Of a stretch of DNA of 64,000 nt, positions 8,093-17,520 are shown piece by piece. The notes beneath the pieces were generated by a model. It searched no databases and was not told where the DNA came from. It saw only the letters and a list, made by a program, of their open reading frames with translations. The translations under genes and the position numbers were made by a program. The number at the start of each line of letters is the position of its first letter. Within the stretch, counting starts at the first letter, position 1. This DNA is from a virus (Duplodnaviria; Caudoviricetes), in the IMG/VR virus record IMGVR_UViG_3300029982_000009; one strand, 5' to 3'.

Positions 8093-10885
8093 TTATACCC
8101 CAACTATTCTGCGATAATCCAATGGGGAATTTTTAAATTTTAGATAAATGCTGCCTTCATCTTGATGTAAAAATTTATCGCTAGTATCAACAAAAGTAAC
8201 ATTATAGAAAGTAGTAGAGTCTCCGATATCTATCTCTTCTGTGGAAATATTAATGCCTGCTTCTGTTGTTAATATTATGCCTAGTTCGGTTAACATATCG
8301 AATATGCTGCTTACTTTGGTGAATTCTGTTATTTCCGATAAACTCCAAGTATTTGTTTCTGTGTTCCAATTTTGCAAAATACCGTAGTTCCAAACATATC
8401 TATCAGTTTCTGCAAAAATTGTATTAAGCGGCCTATTATTATCATAGTATTGTTGTAGATAGAATAATATTTTTTGCCCCTGCCCAGGATTAACGTAGAC
8501 AAGCGGAATTGCGGGTACAAAACCCAATATTTCACCATTTGGCTGAGTATCAGTCATCCAAGTCGGGAGGAAGTTTTCATCAAATCCACTTAACGTTGTA
8601 TTAAGCTGATTAATCATATTTGGAATAGTCGGTGGATATAGCGTTTCATAATTGGCTGTCGTTATACTACCCGAATATGAATTACCGGCTAAATCGGTGT
8701 ATGAGTCTAATGGTTGAATGTAGATGATTTCGTAACCATCAGTTGTACTCTGGGCCCATTTAAGATTAGTAAATAGAAAAGTTTTTCGATGGTAATATTT
8801 GTCCAATGAGGCTGCAATTTCCGCAGGTGTTACTGCTGCAATTCCATATCCGATTAACATTCTTATAGTATTTTGAATGCCAAAATAAAAATCTTGCTGG
8901 CGATAAATTGCAGAGTTTGGAATTATTGCTTGGTCCAATAATGGTGTGAATAATGTTTCGCTATCCTCGTCGTTTAATAAAAATTCTAGGCTCAAATTTG
9001 TTTTCGGTGATGTATTATATGATGAGATCGGTGACGGCACTAAATTAAGAGTAAATGTTTGTGAAGTTTTTGCAAGATATTGGAAGTCTTTGTTCACAAT
9101 ATTATTGGGACCGGGTAAATCTGTTTCTGGAACCATTGACGATTTATTCGATCCTACAATAGCCGTTATGGTAAATGTGAATTGAAGGTCAAATTCTGTT
9201 TTATCGTTTAATAAGGTACAATCATTGAAACTAAAATATTGGAAGCTGGGGCTGCCAACTAAATCACCGTTCGATAATACTCTTAATCCGGTAGGTATCA
9301 TCCCGTCGATTAATGAATAATTAATTGGATTTCCTGGGGTTATTGCCGATCTTTCGGTTATTATGACCGGTGGAATTGCTAGATAATTGCTGCCTGTGTT
9401 GGTTAAGATTATATTTGATATACCGCCATTGTAGACTAGAACGGTTGCGCTAGCAGGTGATGTTTCTCCCGTTAGCCCAAATCCAACCAACGCGGAATCA
9501 TAAAATTCTCCGGTTGATAGTACATTAACCGTGTCAATTCCAAAGTTAAGATCAATAATTGCATTCAGCCCATTGGGATTATTCCATATAATATTAGAAA
9601 GATTTGGTAATTCTGTATATTGTTGAACCCCTGGGCTTATACTAACAGATGATATAGATCCATTGGAGGTATTTCCAGTAACGACAATATTTGCATTCGA
9701 AGAATTAATTCCCCCGGTAACAATGAACCATTCCCCAATGTTAAAATTGCTTCCCCCATTAATAATGGTAGCATCTATTACTTTTAATGTTGCATTTGCA
9801 GTCGCGCCGCCTGCAATTTGCGGTGTAGTAGATTCTAAAATTTCTGCTTTAAATGAAATTGTGCTAGGGACTCCCGGAGTCACGTTGCCAATATTAATAG
9901 GACTTGTCCATTGCACATTTTTTTGGTATGGACTTTCAACAGTAAGATACACGGGAAGAATAGTTTGATATGGATTAATTCCAGATGTCGGTTCAGTAAC
10001 TTTTTTGTAGGCTCTTACATTAAATTCATATGGGGAAGCATTGCTATAATAATTATCGACATAGCCGGTTAACCAGCCGGTATTTGCATTAAGCGATAAA
10101 TTACTATTGGGAAAAACATTTCCATTAATTAATTGGTAATTAATAGTATTGTTTTCATAATCTACCGCTTCAAATTGATGTTGTAAAAAATTGCCTGTTA
10201 TATTTCCGATATTAATATATTTTCCTTCATCTGATTCTAGAAAAATCGGAGAATAATAACTGCCGGAGGATGCTACGGTTAACGTAAAATTTGCAGTAAG
10301 ATTAGAACCGTATGCGGCGGTAAAAGAAAAAGTATTAGAAGACATGCTTAGAGAAATATTTGGCTTGCCAACTTCGATATTAGGATAAATTGCAGGAGTA
10401 TCATATAATACTGCGGGATTAATATACCCAGAAATATATCCGGATGAATCAATAGTAAGATTTCCCGGCAAGCCGCCGGATGAAAGACTAATATTAGGCG
10501 TGAATGGTAAACCGGCAATTGGCGCAATATTGGCCGACATCCAGGCTCCTGCTGGAAAAATTCCTAGATTTGCATTAGGAAAAATATCTAATAATTCAAC
10601 ATTAGATACACAAATTGAAAACGTTCTATCGGCTATTGAATTATTATCAGTTGCTCTAATAGTAAATGAATATGTTCCGGGTAGATTTTCGGAATTCGCC
10701 ATACCCCATATACTAGGAATAAATTGATTTTGCTTGGGAAGAGCTAATGTTACTCCGCTAGGTAACGATCCAGCAATAATATTATAGGTTGCTGTATTGC
10801 TAGCATTACAGTTTAGGTTAACAGAAAAGGTGTTACCTAAATTTACATTAGCGATATATCCTGGGGCTGTTATCCATGTTGGCAT
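8093..10885 (-). CDS. Large baseplate wedge-like protein with Ig-like repeats
   Basis: 930 aa with repeated GxLPxGLxLxxxGxIxG Ig-like motifs; late promoter at 10891-10896. Confidence 0.7.
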   Translation of the reverse strand: MPTWITAPGYIANVNLGNTFSVNLNCNASNTATYNIIAGSLPSGVTLALPKQNQFIPSIWGMANSENLPGTYSFTIRATDNNSIADRTFSICVSNVELLDIFPNANLGIFPAGAWMSANIAPIAGLPFTPNISLSSGGLPGNLTIDSSGYISGYINPAVLYDTPAIYPNIEVGKPNISLSMSSNTFSFTAAYGSNLTANFTLTVASSGSYYSPIFLESDEGKYINIGNITGNFLQHQFEAVDYENNTINYQLINGNVFPNSNLSLNANTGWLTGYVDNYYSNASPYEFNVRAYKKVTEPTSGINPYQTILPVYLTVESPYQKNVQWTSPINIGNVTPGVPSTISFKAEILESTTPQIAGGATANATLKVIDATIINGGSNFNIGEWFIVTGGINSSNANIVVTGNTSNGSISSVSISPGVQQYTELPNLSNIIWNNPNGLNAIIDLNFGIDTVNVLSTGEFYDSALVGFGLTGETSPASATVLVYNGGISNIILTNTGSNYLAIPPVIITERSAITPGNPINYSLIDGMIPTGLRVLSNGDLVGSPSFQYFSFNDCTLLNDKTEFDLQFTFTITAIVGSNKSSMVPETDLPGPNNIVNKDFQYLAKTSQTFTLNLVPSPISSYNTSPKTNLSLEFLLNDEDSETLFTPLLDQAIIPNSAIYRQQDFYFGIQNTIRMLIGYGIAAVTPAEIAASLDKYYHRKTFLFTNLKWAQSTTDGYEIIYIQPLDSYTDLAGNSYSGSITTANYETLYPPTIPNMINQLNTTLSGFDENFLPTWMTDTQPNGEILGFVPAIPLVYVNPGQGQKILFYLQQYYDNNRPLNTIFAETDRYVWNYGILQNWNTETNTWSLSEITEFTKVSSIFDMLTELGIILTTEAGINISTEEIDIGDSTTFYNVTFVDTSDKFLHQDEGSIYLKFKNSPLDYRRIVGV

Positions 10886-10900
10886 ATTGATATTTATGCC

Positions 10901-10934
10901 GACAAAGAAACGGCACTAGTGCCGTTTCTTTGTC
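10901..10934. terminator. 34-bp perfect palindrome, probably a terminator
   Basis: GACAAAGAAACGGCACTAGTGCCGTTTCTTTGTC is self-complementary and follows the minus-strand small-gene array. Confidence 0.75.
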
Positions 10935-10936
10935 AG

Positions 10937-11131
10937 TTACATGCTTAAGGTTTTTAAAAATTGCCGTTCTATTAGATATCTAGCCGCTGCCCAGGCAGAT
11001 TCTTCATTATGTGTCATTCCGGATAATAGAAAAATTTCGTGGGAAGAACGGTGAACTATTTCGTAAAATTTTCCAATTTTACGGCATCGTGCAGTCGTAT
11101 ATATAGTAGATACAAATTCTTTATCGGTCAT
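10937..11131 (-). CDS. Small paralogue, IYPxA...AW family
   Basis: MTDKEFVSTIY...ESAWAAA...FLKTLSM; ATGA overlap with upstream stop. Confidence 0.7.
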   Translation of the reverse strand: MTDKEFVSTIYTTARCRKIGKFYEIVHRSSHEIFLLSGMTHNEESAWAAARYLIERQFLKTLSM

Positions 11132-11346
11132 TGCGAAAATTGTTCTAAAACTATAAGCTGAGTGGTTTTCCATGCAATTCCCCATAATTCTGAATGGCCA
11201 ATAATTCCCGAAGGAAAAAATTTGGTTGGAGTTAACCGAGTGAATTCTTCCGGCTCATCACCGATGCTTGCAATATACGCATAGCCGCCAAACCAATAGC
11301 ATTTTGCATTTGGATAAATCGCTTTAACCTGCTCTTTGTATGTCAT
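11128..11346 (-). CDS. Small paralogue, IYPxA...AW family
   Basis: MTYKEQVKAIYPNAK...IAW...LEQFSQ. Confidence 0.7.
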   Translation of the reverse strand: MTYKEQVKAIYPNAKCYWFGGYAYIASIGDEPEEFTRLTPTKFFPSGIIGHSELWGIAWKTTQLIVLEQFSQ

Positions 11347-11567
11347 TCTGTGAATTTGTCTATCATATCTTCCGCAATTTTTGTATATGCGTTTTGCCAA
11401 GCGGCCTGCTCGTCGGCATACAACATACTAATTGCCTTATCATATTGCCCATATGAATCAACGTATTCTTCTCGCGGATCCGAGCAAATTATTTGGAAGA
11501 AATAATTATGCCATTCAATACATTTTGAATTTGGAAAAATCTTTTGAACTTGTTTTTTGTAATTCAT
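11343..11567 (-). CDS. Small paralogue, IYPxA...AW family
   Basis: MNYKKQVQKIFPNSK...EQAAWQNA...IDKFTE. Confidence 0.7.
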   Translation of the reverse strand: MNYKKQVQKIFPNSKCIEWHNYFFQIICSDPREEYVDSYGQYDKAISMLYADEQAAWQNAYTKIAEDMIDKFTE

Positions 11568-11608
11568 TCTGAGAATCCCCAAATTCTAGTATTAATTTTA
11601 AGAATTTT

Positions 11609-11824
11609 TTAAAATCGGTAAACAATCCTACCTAAAGAGAGCGAATACGGAGAAAGTTCAACCTGAACGAAATCCCCTGGTTCAAGACGAATATTGTTTT
11701 TACGCATTCTGCCGCCTAGGTAACCAATGACTGTTTGTCCACCAGGAATTTCTACAATCCATGTTGTGTTGGGAAGAGTTTTAACGATTTTACCTTTTAA
11801 TTCGACTAGATCAACTGATGCCAC
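11609..11824 (-). CDS. infA: Translation initiation factor IF-1
   Basis: GKIVKTLPN...GRMRKNNIRLEPGDFVQVELSPYSLSLGRIVYR; GTG start with AGGAG RBS. Confidence 0.95.
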   Translation of the reverse strand: MASVDLVELKGKIVKTLPNTTWIVEIPGGQTVIGYLGGRMRKNNIRLEPGDFVQVELSPYSLSLGRIVYRF

Positions 11825-11836
11825 GTTACTCCTGAT

Positions 11837-12037
11837 TCATTTTGAAAATTGGGTTAAAATTTTTGAGTTAATTGTTTTAGCAGCCCATTGCCATGCCATT
11901 TCTTCACTGATAAAACTAATTGCTAATATTTGTTCTACTTTAATTATAACATATTTAGTGTATTGATGCGTGGAAGAATTATCATTGGTGCATTTTGCGT
12001 CTGGATAAATCGATAATACAAATTCTTTATCGGTCAT
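11837..12037 (-). CDS. Small paralogue, IYPxA...AW family
   Basis: MTDKEFVLSIYPDAK...SEEMAWQWA...LTQFSK. Confidence 0.72.
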   Translation of the reverse strand: MTDKEFVLSIYPDAKCTNDNSSTHQYTKYVIIKVEQILAISFISEEMAWQWAAKTINSKILTQFSK

Positions 12038-12234
12038 TGCGCTAACCTATCTATTAATCGATCCGATAAAATCGCTGCCGCCGTCGTCCAGGCTTCTTCC
12101 TCGTTTTCGGCGATAACCGAAAATAAGAAAGGCCACTCCCCACGAAAAAATCCGTAGTGTCCTTTTAAAATAGATACCCCTGGGGAAATTCTAATTTTAG
12201 GGCATATTGAAATAGCTAGATCTTTATCAGTCAT
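12034..12234 (-). CDS. Small paralogue, IYPxA...AW family
   Basis: MTDKDLAISICP...EEEAWTTA...LIDRLAQ. Confidence 0.68.
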   Translation of the reverse strand: MTDKDLAISICPKIRISPGVSILKGHYGFFRGEWPFLFSVIAENEEEAWTTAAAILSDRLIDRLAQ

Positions 12235-12481
12235 GATTGTAATGCCATAAAAAATTCCGCTTCTCTGAGGTTTTTAAACGGACCATATTCATATGTTTCA
12301 CCGGTATTATATACTACTTCAACCTTTATTTTACGGCAAAAATTCATACGATAATACAGAATTAATTCTGGGTAATTATTAATAGTTTTAACTATCGTTG
12401 GATTTTTACGAAGGATCACGAATAAAATGAAGACAATCGTGAAACATATATATATATCGCATAAAATATTAATATAATCAT
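12231..12481 (-). pseudogene. Small membrane-protein gene frameshifted in an (AT)6 run
   Basis: ATG at 12481 overlaps the upstream stop as elsewhere in the array but is out of frame; removing one AT from 12446-12457 gives an 82-aa ORF. Confidence 0.5.
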
Positions 12482-12681
12482 TCTGATAATCTTGCTTGCA
12501 GCTCGGCATTAATAAAATTTTTTGCACTGCGCCACGCATCGGCGGCAGTCGAACACCAGGCTGATATTGCTTCCTTGTCGGAACGACCCGAAAAACTAAT
12601 ATTAAAGCATCCTAAAAATTGGTTGTGCCGAACATATGCACCGGGATAAATCGATAGCACGAATTCTTTATTGTTGTTCAT
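12478..12681 (-). CDS. Small paralogue, IYPxA...AW family
   Basis: MNNNKEFVLSIYPGA...AADAWRSA...LQARLSE. Confidence 0.72.
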   Translation of the reverse strand: MNNNKEFVLSIYPGAYVRHNQFLGCFNISFSGRSDKEAISAWCSTAADAWRSAKNFINAELQARLSE

Positions 12682-12896
12682 TCTGATAATCTTTCAACTA
12701 AGTTTTCATTGATCTTATCGGCCGCATCTTTCCAGGCATCGCTAGATGTTTTACTCCATTTCGATAGCGGATAAGGAAATACATCTACTATATTAGCATA
12801 CTTCTCAATGCGCCAACCATTAAACAGTGGGCTGAGATAGGCTCGCGCATATGGATATTGAGCGAGAACAATTTTTTTATTCGGGTTCTGCATCAT
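12678..12896 (-). CDS. Small paralogue, IYPxA...AW family
   Basis: MMQNPNKKIVLAQYPYAR...SSDAWKDA...LVERLSE. Confidence 0.72.
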   Translation of the reverse strand: MMQNPNKKIVLAQYPYARAYLSPLFNGWRIEKYANIVDVFPYPLSKWSKTSSDAWKDAADKINENLVERLSE

Positions 12897-13105
12897 TCTG
12901 ATAGACATCGTAAAAATTGCCATTCGATCCTTTCAATTGTATCTTCCCATGCAAATTCTTCGTCACACCCCCAACTTGACAGCGTCGCGCCGGAATTATT
13001 TTGAAGTATTCTCCAGATCGGCTTGCCTGTGACGGGTGAACGGCCAGATACCGCAATCGCGTCCGGATAAACTGCCCGGACGCGATTTATTAGTACGCTT
13101 TTCAT
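12893..13105 (-). CDS. Small paralogue, IYPxA...AW family
   Basis: RVRAVYPDA...EEFAWEDT...LRCLSE. Confidence 0.72.
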   Translation of the reverse strand: MKSVLINRVRAVYPDAIAVSGRSPVTGKPIWRILQNNSGATLSSWGCDEEFAWEDTIERIEWQFLRCLSE

Positions 13106-14283
13106 TATTTGATCGCTTTCAGCAGGATAGTATCTGCATTCATGCTTTCCCGCAATGAAGTTTCTACCGCCTTGATATTATCGAACCACTTGAACGCTCC
13201 AACCTTGCTCATACTGTTAAACTGCTTTAGTTGTTCGGCGATCTTGCGCAGCGTTTTCGACGTGCTCTTGGTCGGGTCCATGTTAAGAATTTTGTTGCCC
13301 TTAACGTCAAGTGTTGAATTCGGAAGAGCAACATAGCGTCCAATTTTTCTCGTCTTGGTATTTAGAACCCATAATACGGTTGACTTGAGAATTTGAACAG
13401 GGTCAATGCTAGTGAGATGCATTTCCGGCTGAACCTGAAGGAAGCGCAACTTGCTAACAACCTTATCAGGAGTTGTCATCTTCTTCTTGCGGGACTTGCG
13501 CGTGCTCTTCTTGACGATACCGAAACCGGTAATGTCAGTGATGGCTGTTTCCCACCAGGCAACCGATGCTTTCAATTCGCGCTTGCCAAGATGCGCATAC
13601 GCTTCGTTGATTTCATCATTCTTGCCAGCAAGTGCAATCTTGAATTCCGAAAGATACACATTTGCAAACTCAATCAGATCCTTGGTACGATTACCAGGGG
13701 CAGTCGTTTTCGGATCATGCAAAATCTGCATGATATTTCGTTCCGACTTCTGATAATTCGATTCAACGAACTGGTCGAACGCGGCGTTGATCTCACCCTT
13801 CACCCGACGCAATTTTGCGTCAATGAAGTCTTGAATATTCGGCTTCGCGACCCCGTCAACTGCCGGAACTGAAACTTTCATATTTTCAAGGCATTTGCGC
13901 AGGTCACGAACAATAAACTTGCTTTCACGGAATCGTATCTTGAATCCCATCTGAATCATGCGGATCATCCAAGCCGATGCGTGCGGAATTTGCAACTTGC
14001 TCTTTTTTAATGCCTGAACTAATTCTGGCATATTGTTTGAAACGGCCAAGGCTTTCAGAGCAAGCTCGTGACCATGATCGTCATCCTGGGTTGCTGTATA
14101 CCAGGCAAATGCTGCGAGCAGTTGGCGATCATATTCATCCTGGGACCACTGCGCCTGCTCTTCAACGGAAGGCCAATAGGGCTCGTCAAGGCCGATATAC
14201 TTCGCCCCTTCTCCCTTGAAACGGAGTATCGGGGTTGGCTTTACATGCTCTGGCTTGAATGATCTTTTTACTGTCTTCGTCAT
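13105..14283 (-). CDS. Hypothetical early protein (392 aa, basic C-terminal half)
   Basis: Long GC-richer ORF directly behind a sigma70 promoter. Confidence 0.75.
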   Translation of the reverse strand: MTKTVKRSFKPEHVKPTPILRFKGEGAKYIGLDEPYWPSVEEQAQWSQDEYDRQLLAAFAWYTATQDDDHGHELALKALAVSNNMPELVQALKKSKLQIPHASAWMIRMIQMGFKIRFRESKFIVRDLRKCLENMKVSVPAVDGVAKPNIQDFIDAKLRRVKGEINAAFDQFVESNYQKSERNIMQILHDPKTTAPGNRTKDLIEFANVYLSEFKIALAGKNDEINEAYAHLGKRELKASVAWWETAITDITGFGIVKKSTRKSRKKKMTTPDKVVSKLRFLQVQPEMHLTSIDPVQILKSTVLWVLNTKTRKIGRYVALPNSTLDVKGNKILNMDPTKSTSKTLRKIAEQLKQFNSMSKVGAFKWFDNIKAVETSLRESMNADTILLKAIK

Positions 14284-14289
14284 GATTTA

Positions 14290-14318
14290 AATATACAAGA
14301 ATACGATACACTTGTCAA
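14290..14318 (-). promoter_or_regulatory. Sigma70 early promoter
   Basis: TTGACA-17nt-TATATT. Confidence 0.8.
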
Positions 14319-14336
14319 CCACTATTTTCAGATTTT

Positions 14337-14466
14337 TAAGTTGTTGATTTTAAAGGGCCGATATCGTAAATATGGCGCCGTATGGCCCCAATATGACCCC
14401 AGGAGTAGCTGAGTACCATCATTATAGTGGGGTCATATTGGGGCGATATAAGTCCTTTGTTTTCAA
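14337..14466 (+). repeat. Conserved non-coding cassette, copy 1
   Basis: TAAGTTGTTGATTTTAAAG at 14337 and TAAGTCCTTTGTTTTCAA at 14449; internal 16-bp perfect inverted repeat 14385-14400 / 14429-14444. Confidence 0.85.
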
Positions 14467-14501
14467 TGGCGCATTTTTCTTGGTTTTTAGGCTGATTTCG
14501 C

Positions 14502-14603
14502 TTGCATTCGGTACCGGAGTTTGCTATACTTATTTTAGTGAATGGAACAGAGCTAACGAAGCAGAAGTTGGCTGTTGACAAGAATCAGGAACTTTGCTAC
14601 ACT
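14502..14603 (+). promoter_or_regulatory. Tandem sigma70 early promoters
   Basis: TTGCAT-17-TATACT (14502-14530) and TTGACA-17-TACACT (14575-14603). Confidence 0.8.
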
Positions 14604-14631
14604 TAACAAGTAGTGAAAGGGGTAACACCGC

Positions 14632-15669
14632 ATGGCAACAGTGAAAATCATTCAGGGTTCGTATCGCAACCAGGAAATCAAAAACCAAACGTTTACGCTG
14701 ATTAATGGGTACGTGGAAACGCCGAATTCGAAGCATGTTACGGTCGAAGGAACAAAACTTTGTGGCCGTCCGACAGCTCGAATTCGCGTGAAGAGCCAGA
14801 AGGATTTTGTCATTGCCGGCACGGTTGAAACGGTTGATGATCAGATTTCTGTTGAAGAGGAATCCTCTGAGCCGGAAGTTGTTGAAACAGATGCAGCCGT
14901 ACTTGCGCGTATCAGTGATAGGTTTCAGATTTTAACTGAACTGACCCAGGGTGCTCTCACTGGAGATATTCGCGCATTGTTTGTAACCGGCGCCCCGGGA
15001 GTTGGAAAGACTTTCGGTGTTGAAAAGACGCTGCAAGATGCGGGGTTGGTTGAAATTTTTTCCGATCTTCCTCCTCGGTATGAAGTTATTTCTGGTGCAA
15101 TGTCTGCGGTCGGTATGTATATGAAGTTGTACGAATTCCGTGACGATAACAATGTTCTCGTCATTGACGATTGCGATTCGGTTTTTACCGACGAACTTTG
15201 CTTGAACCTGCTGAAAGCTGCATTGGATACGAGCAAGCGCCGCATGATTCACTGGAACGTGGATTCGGTTTCACTTCGGAAGGGTGATTGCCCTAACCAA
15301 TTTGAGTTCAAGGGTTCTATTATCTTCATTTCGAACATTAACTTCAAGAAGGTTCGTTCTGAGCGTATGCGTAACCATCTCGAGGCCCTCATGAGCCGTT
15401 CGCATTTTCTTGATCTTACTGTTCATACGGATCGCGAAAAGTTGCTCAGAATTGAAGACCTGGTTACGAATCATAAGATGCTTTCCCAGTTCAAACTGTC
15501 CGATAAAATGAGCGCAAAGGTTATGAAGTTCGTGCGTGATAACGCTTCGAAATTTAACGAGCTTAGCCTGCGCACTGTCATTAAATTGGCCGGTCTCGCC
15601 AGGACGTTCGACGAGAATGACAAGTGGATGCGAGTTGCTGAACTTTCTATGATGGGAAACCAATTTTAA
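14632..15669 (+). CDS. AAA+/P-loop ATPase
   Basis: GAPGVGKT Walker A and VLVIDDCD Walker B. Confidence 0.85.
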   Translation: MATVKIIQGSYRNQEIKNQTFTLINGYVETPNSKHVTVEGTKLCGRPTARIRVKSQKDFVIAGTVETVDDQISVEEESSEPEVVETDAAVLARISDRFQILTELTQGALTGDIRALFVTGAPGVGKTFGVEKTLQDAGLVEIFSDLPPRYEVISGAMSAVGMYMKLYEFRDDNNVLVIDDCDSVFTDELCLNLLKAALDTSKRRMIHWNVDSVSLRKGDCPNQFEFKGSIIFISNINFKKVRSERMRNHLEALMSRSHFLDLTVHTDREKLLRIEDLVTNHKMLSQFKLSDKMSAKVMKFVRDNASKFNELSLRTVIKLAGLARTFDENDKWMRVAELSMMGNQF

Positions 15670-15703
15670 AATAGTGGGATTTAAATCCCACTATTTTAAA
15701 ATT
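15662..15703. repeat. 42-bp perfect palindrome (terminator or cruciform)
   Basis: AATTTTAAAATAGTGGGATTTAAATCCCACTATTTTAAAATT. Confidence 0.85.
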
Positions 15704-15718
15704 AAAGGAGATGCTTAA

Positions 15719-15916
15719 ATGAAAAATGGTGTTTACGAGATTACCGATCCTATCAATGTTAAGAAGGTTTCGGATGAATTGGGCAACATTGTTACCGGTA
15801 AGGGTGGCGCTGAAATTAACATTAATGGAATTACCATTGCAGGTAATAGAGTTACCATTCGATGGGACAACCTATCTAGAGAGGTAAATATGGTTGTTTT
15901 GTCGTCTGCTAATTGA
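15719..15916 (+). CDS. Hypothetical protein
   Basis: 65 aa with AAGGAG RBS. Confidence 0.6.
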   Translation: MKNGVYEITDPINVKKVSDELGNIVTGKGGAEININGITIAGNRVTIRWDNLSREVNMVVLSSAN

Positions 15917-16114
15917 GACGTCTGTTCTTCTTGCGGTCAAAATATGAACGCCGAAAACCTATAATTAAATGGCAAACAAAACAGATAAGAATGCGAAAAT
16001 TTAAGTTATTCTAGCTAGTTAAGTCGAATGCAAGATTAATGAGATGCGTGTTGCTGCTCTTTTTTGAAGAGTGGGAAACAATTTTAATCCATTAATTAAA
16101 GAAAGGATTGTATT

Positions 16115-16615
16115 ATGGTAAAATATTTAATACTCGCCTACAAGGCTGATAATGAAGATTACTGTATGGGGTGTCACGTGGCCTCCTACTCGTCCGATTT
16201 TCAGTATTTAAATACCACCGACCGCGAGGAGGCTCTTCGTTTCCTTGTGGATAAAATTACTTACAAAGTCGAGGACCGCGAATATGGCTATGACTTTACC
16301 ATTTTCATCGATGGCAAGACCTCGGAGTACAACAATCTTAATGGTGAAACTACAGATTATGACAATCTTATCACCAATTCCGAAGGTGAGTATGACTACG
16401 ACGAAGAGCCCGGTCGAAAACTCATGGCTGATGCAAGAGCCACGATTAAGCGTAACGAATTCGACGCGTTGGCAAAGGCCGCGGCCGCCGCACGCCGAGC
16501 TCAAACCGAGGCGGAAGAAGCATATAAGATTGAAGAAGCACGTAAAGAGCGGGAGAGGGAAGCGCATGATCGGAAAGAATTCGAACGCCTAACAGCAAAA
16601 TTTGGCGGTAAATAA
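16115..16615 (+). CDS. Hypothetical protein with C-terminal coiled coil
   Basis: 166 aa with AAGGA RBS. Confidence 0.7.
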   Translation: MVKYLILAYKADNEDYCMGCHVASYSSDFQYLNTTDREEALRFLVDKITYKVEDREYGYDFTIFIDGKTSEYNNLNGETTDYDNLITNSEGEYDYDEEPGRKLMADARATIKRNEFDALAKAAAAARRAQTEAEEAYKIEEARKEREREAHDRKEFERLTAKFGGK

Positions 16616-16797
16616 TGAAACGATTGATTGCTTTTTGGAAAGCGCTAACCGGTGGATACGATTGCCAGGTATGCGGGCGATCGGGGTGTAAGCCCGTTGA
16701 CTATACCGATGGTTCAACTCATTGGAGTTGTTATAATGGATGCCGTTATTGGGAGTACGACGACGGCACCATCGAACGTATGCTAGACGGCCTGTAA
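16615..16797 (+). CDS. Small Cys-rich hypothetical protein
   Basis: 60 aa with CQVC...C..C; TAATG coupling. Confidence 0.55.
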   Translation: MKRLIAFWKALTGGYDCQVCGRSGCKPVDYTDGSTHWSCYNGCRYWEYDDGTIERMLDGL

Positions 16798-16847
16798 AAA
16801 CATTTTGGAATTGCCCAAGGTAGAAAGAAGGATTATGTTCTTCATTA

Positions 16848-17084
16848 ATGGCAAATAATTTGGGAAAGTCGAATATAATGGCATCGAAGATTTCGCAGTA
16901 TGCAAAAGAACAAGTAAAATACCACTATCCCACCGCCCGAGTGATGCGCTGTGGATCCTGGTGTAAAATAATAACACACCTCGGTAAACCATTGCAGCCA
17001 GCTTGGAGTTCAAATTCCAATCGTACTTGGAGGGAAACATGGATCTGCTTGCAGGAGCTACTATTGAAGAGATTATCTCAGTAG
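16848..17084 (+). CDS. Small paralogue, IYPxA...AW family
   Basis: KEQVKYHYPTAR...RETW...LLKRLSQ. Confidence 0.65.
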   Translation: MANNLGKSNIMASKISQYAKEQVKYHYPTARVMRCGSWCKIITHLGKPLQPAWSSNSNRTWRETWICLQELLLKRLSQ

Positions 17085-17293
17085 AAGCGAAGAATAAAAT
17101 TCTTGCAATGTTTCCGAATGCCGTTACGAAAAAGGCATATCTCTTAGACAATGGATATCGAATTGTTGAATCCAATGCCAACTATCCTACTAGCACATTG
17201 CTTTCTGATAAATTTTCGCATTCAATAGATACTGCCTGGATAGATTCTTGGTATTATATTCAGGAAAAGATAGTAGAAAGATTGTCGATATGA
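17003..17293 (+). CDS. Small paralogue, IYPxA...AW family (true start probably 17039 or later)
   Basis: KNKILAMFPNA...DTAWIDS...IVERLSI. Confidence 0.62.
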   Translation: MEFKFQSYLEGNMDLLAGATIEEIISVEAKNKILAMFPNAVTKKAYLLDNGYRIVESNANYPTSTLLSDKFSHSIDTAWIDSWYYIQEKIVERLSI

Positions 17294-17520
17294 CCGAAGC
17301 AGAAAGAAAAATGCGAGAATTTAGACCCGGATGTTATTTAAAATACAATCCTTCCGGTAGATTTCAAATTCATCGATCCAATTTGTCTTGGTATGCCGGG
17401 TATACTGGATATAATGCACTTGGCATCGAATCAAAAACCAAGGACGGTGCCTGGGAAAACGCATTATCATTATATCAATTGGGTGAAGATCTATTGTTAA
17501 TTCGGGTATTAAGCCAATGA
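17290..17520 (+). CDS. Small paralogue, IYPxA...AW family
   Basis: MTEAERKMREFRPG...KDGAWENA...LIRVLSQ; ATGA overlap. Confidence 0.65.
   Translation: MTEAERKMREFRPGCYLKYNPSGRFQIHRSNLSWYAGYTGYNALGIESKTKDGAWENALSLYQLGEDLLLIRVLSQ

Noticed and set aside
14337-14466. Canonical Xer dif site or tRNA within the repeated cassette
   Set aside because: The motifs do not match the 11-6-11 dif layout and no cloverleaf can be drawn.
14336-14736. ORFs 14336..14581, 14372..14578 and 29492..29695 with mutual similarity
   Set aside because: The similarity comes from the repeated non-coding cassette and promoters they span, not from coding constraint.
13393-15663. Antisense and alternate-frame ORFs (for example 13393, 13451, 14925, 14932, 15271; also 30577, 34116, 44623-45645)
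   Set aside because: They overlap well-supported genes in GC-richer DNA and lack RBS or recognisable motifs; shadow ORFs.
15917-16114. Small genes in 15917-16114 and 37150-37340
   Set aside because: Only short, stop-interrupted frames; possibly decayed genes but not supportable.
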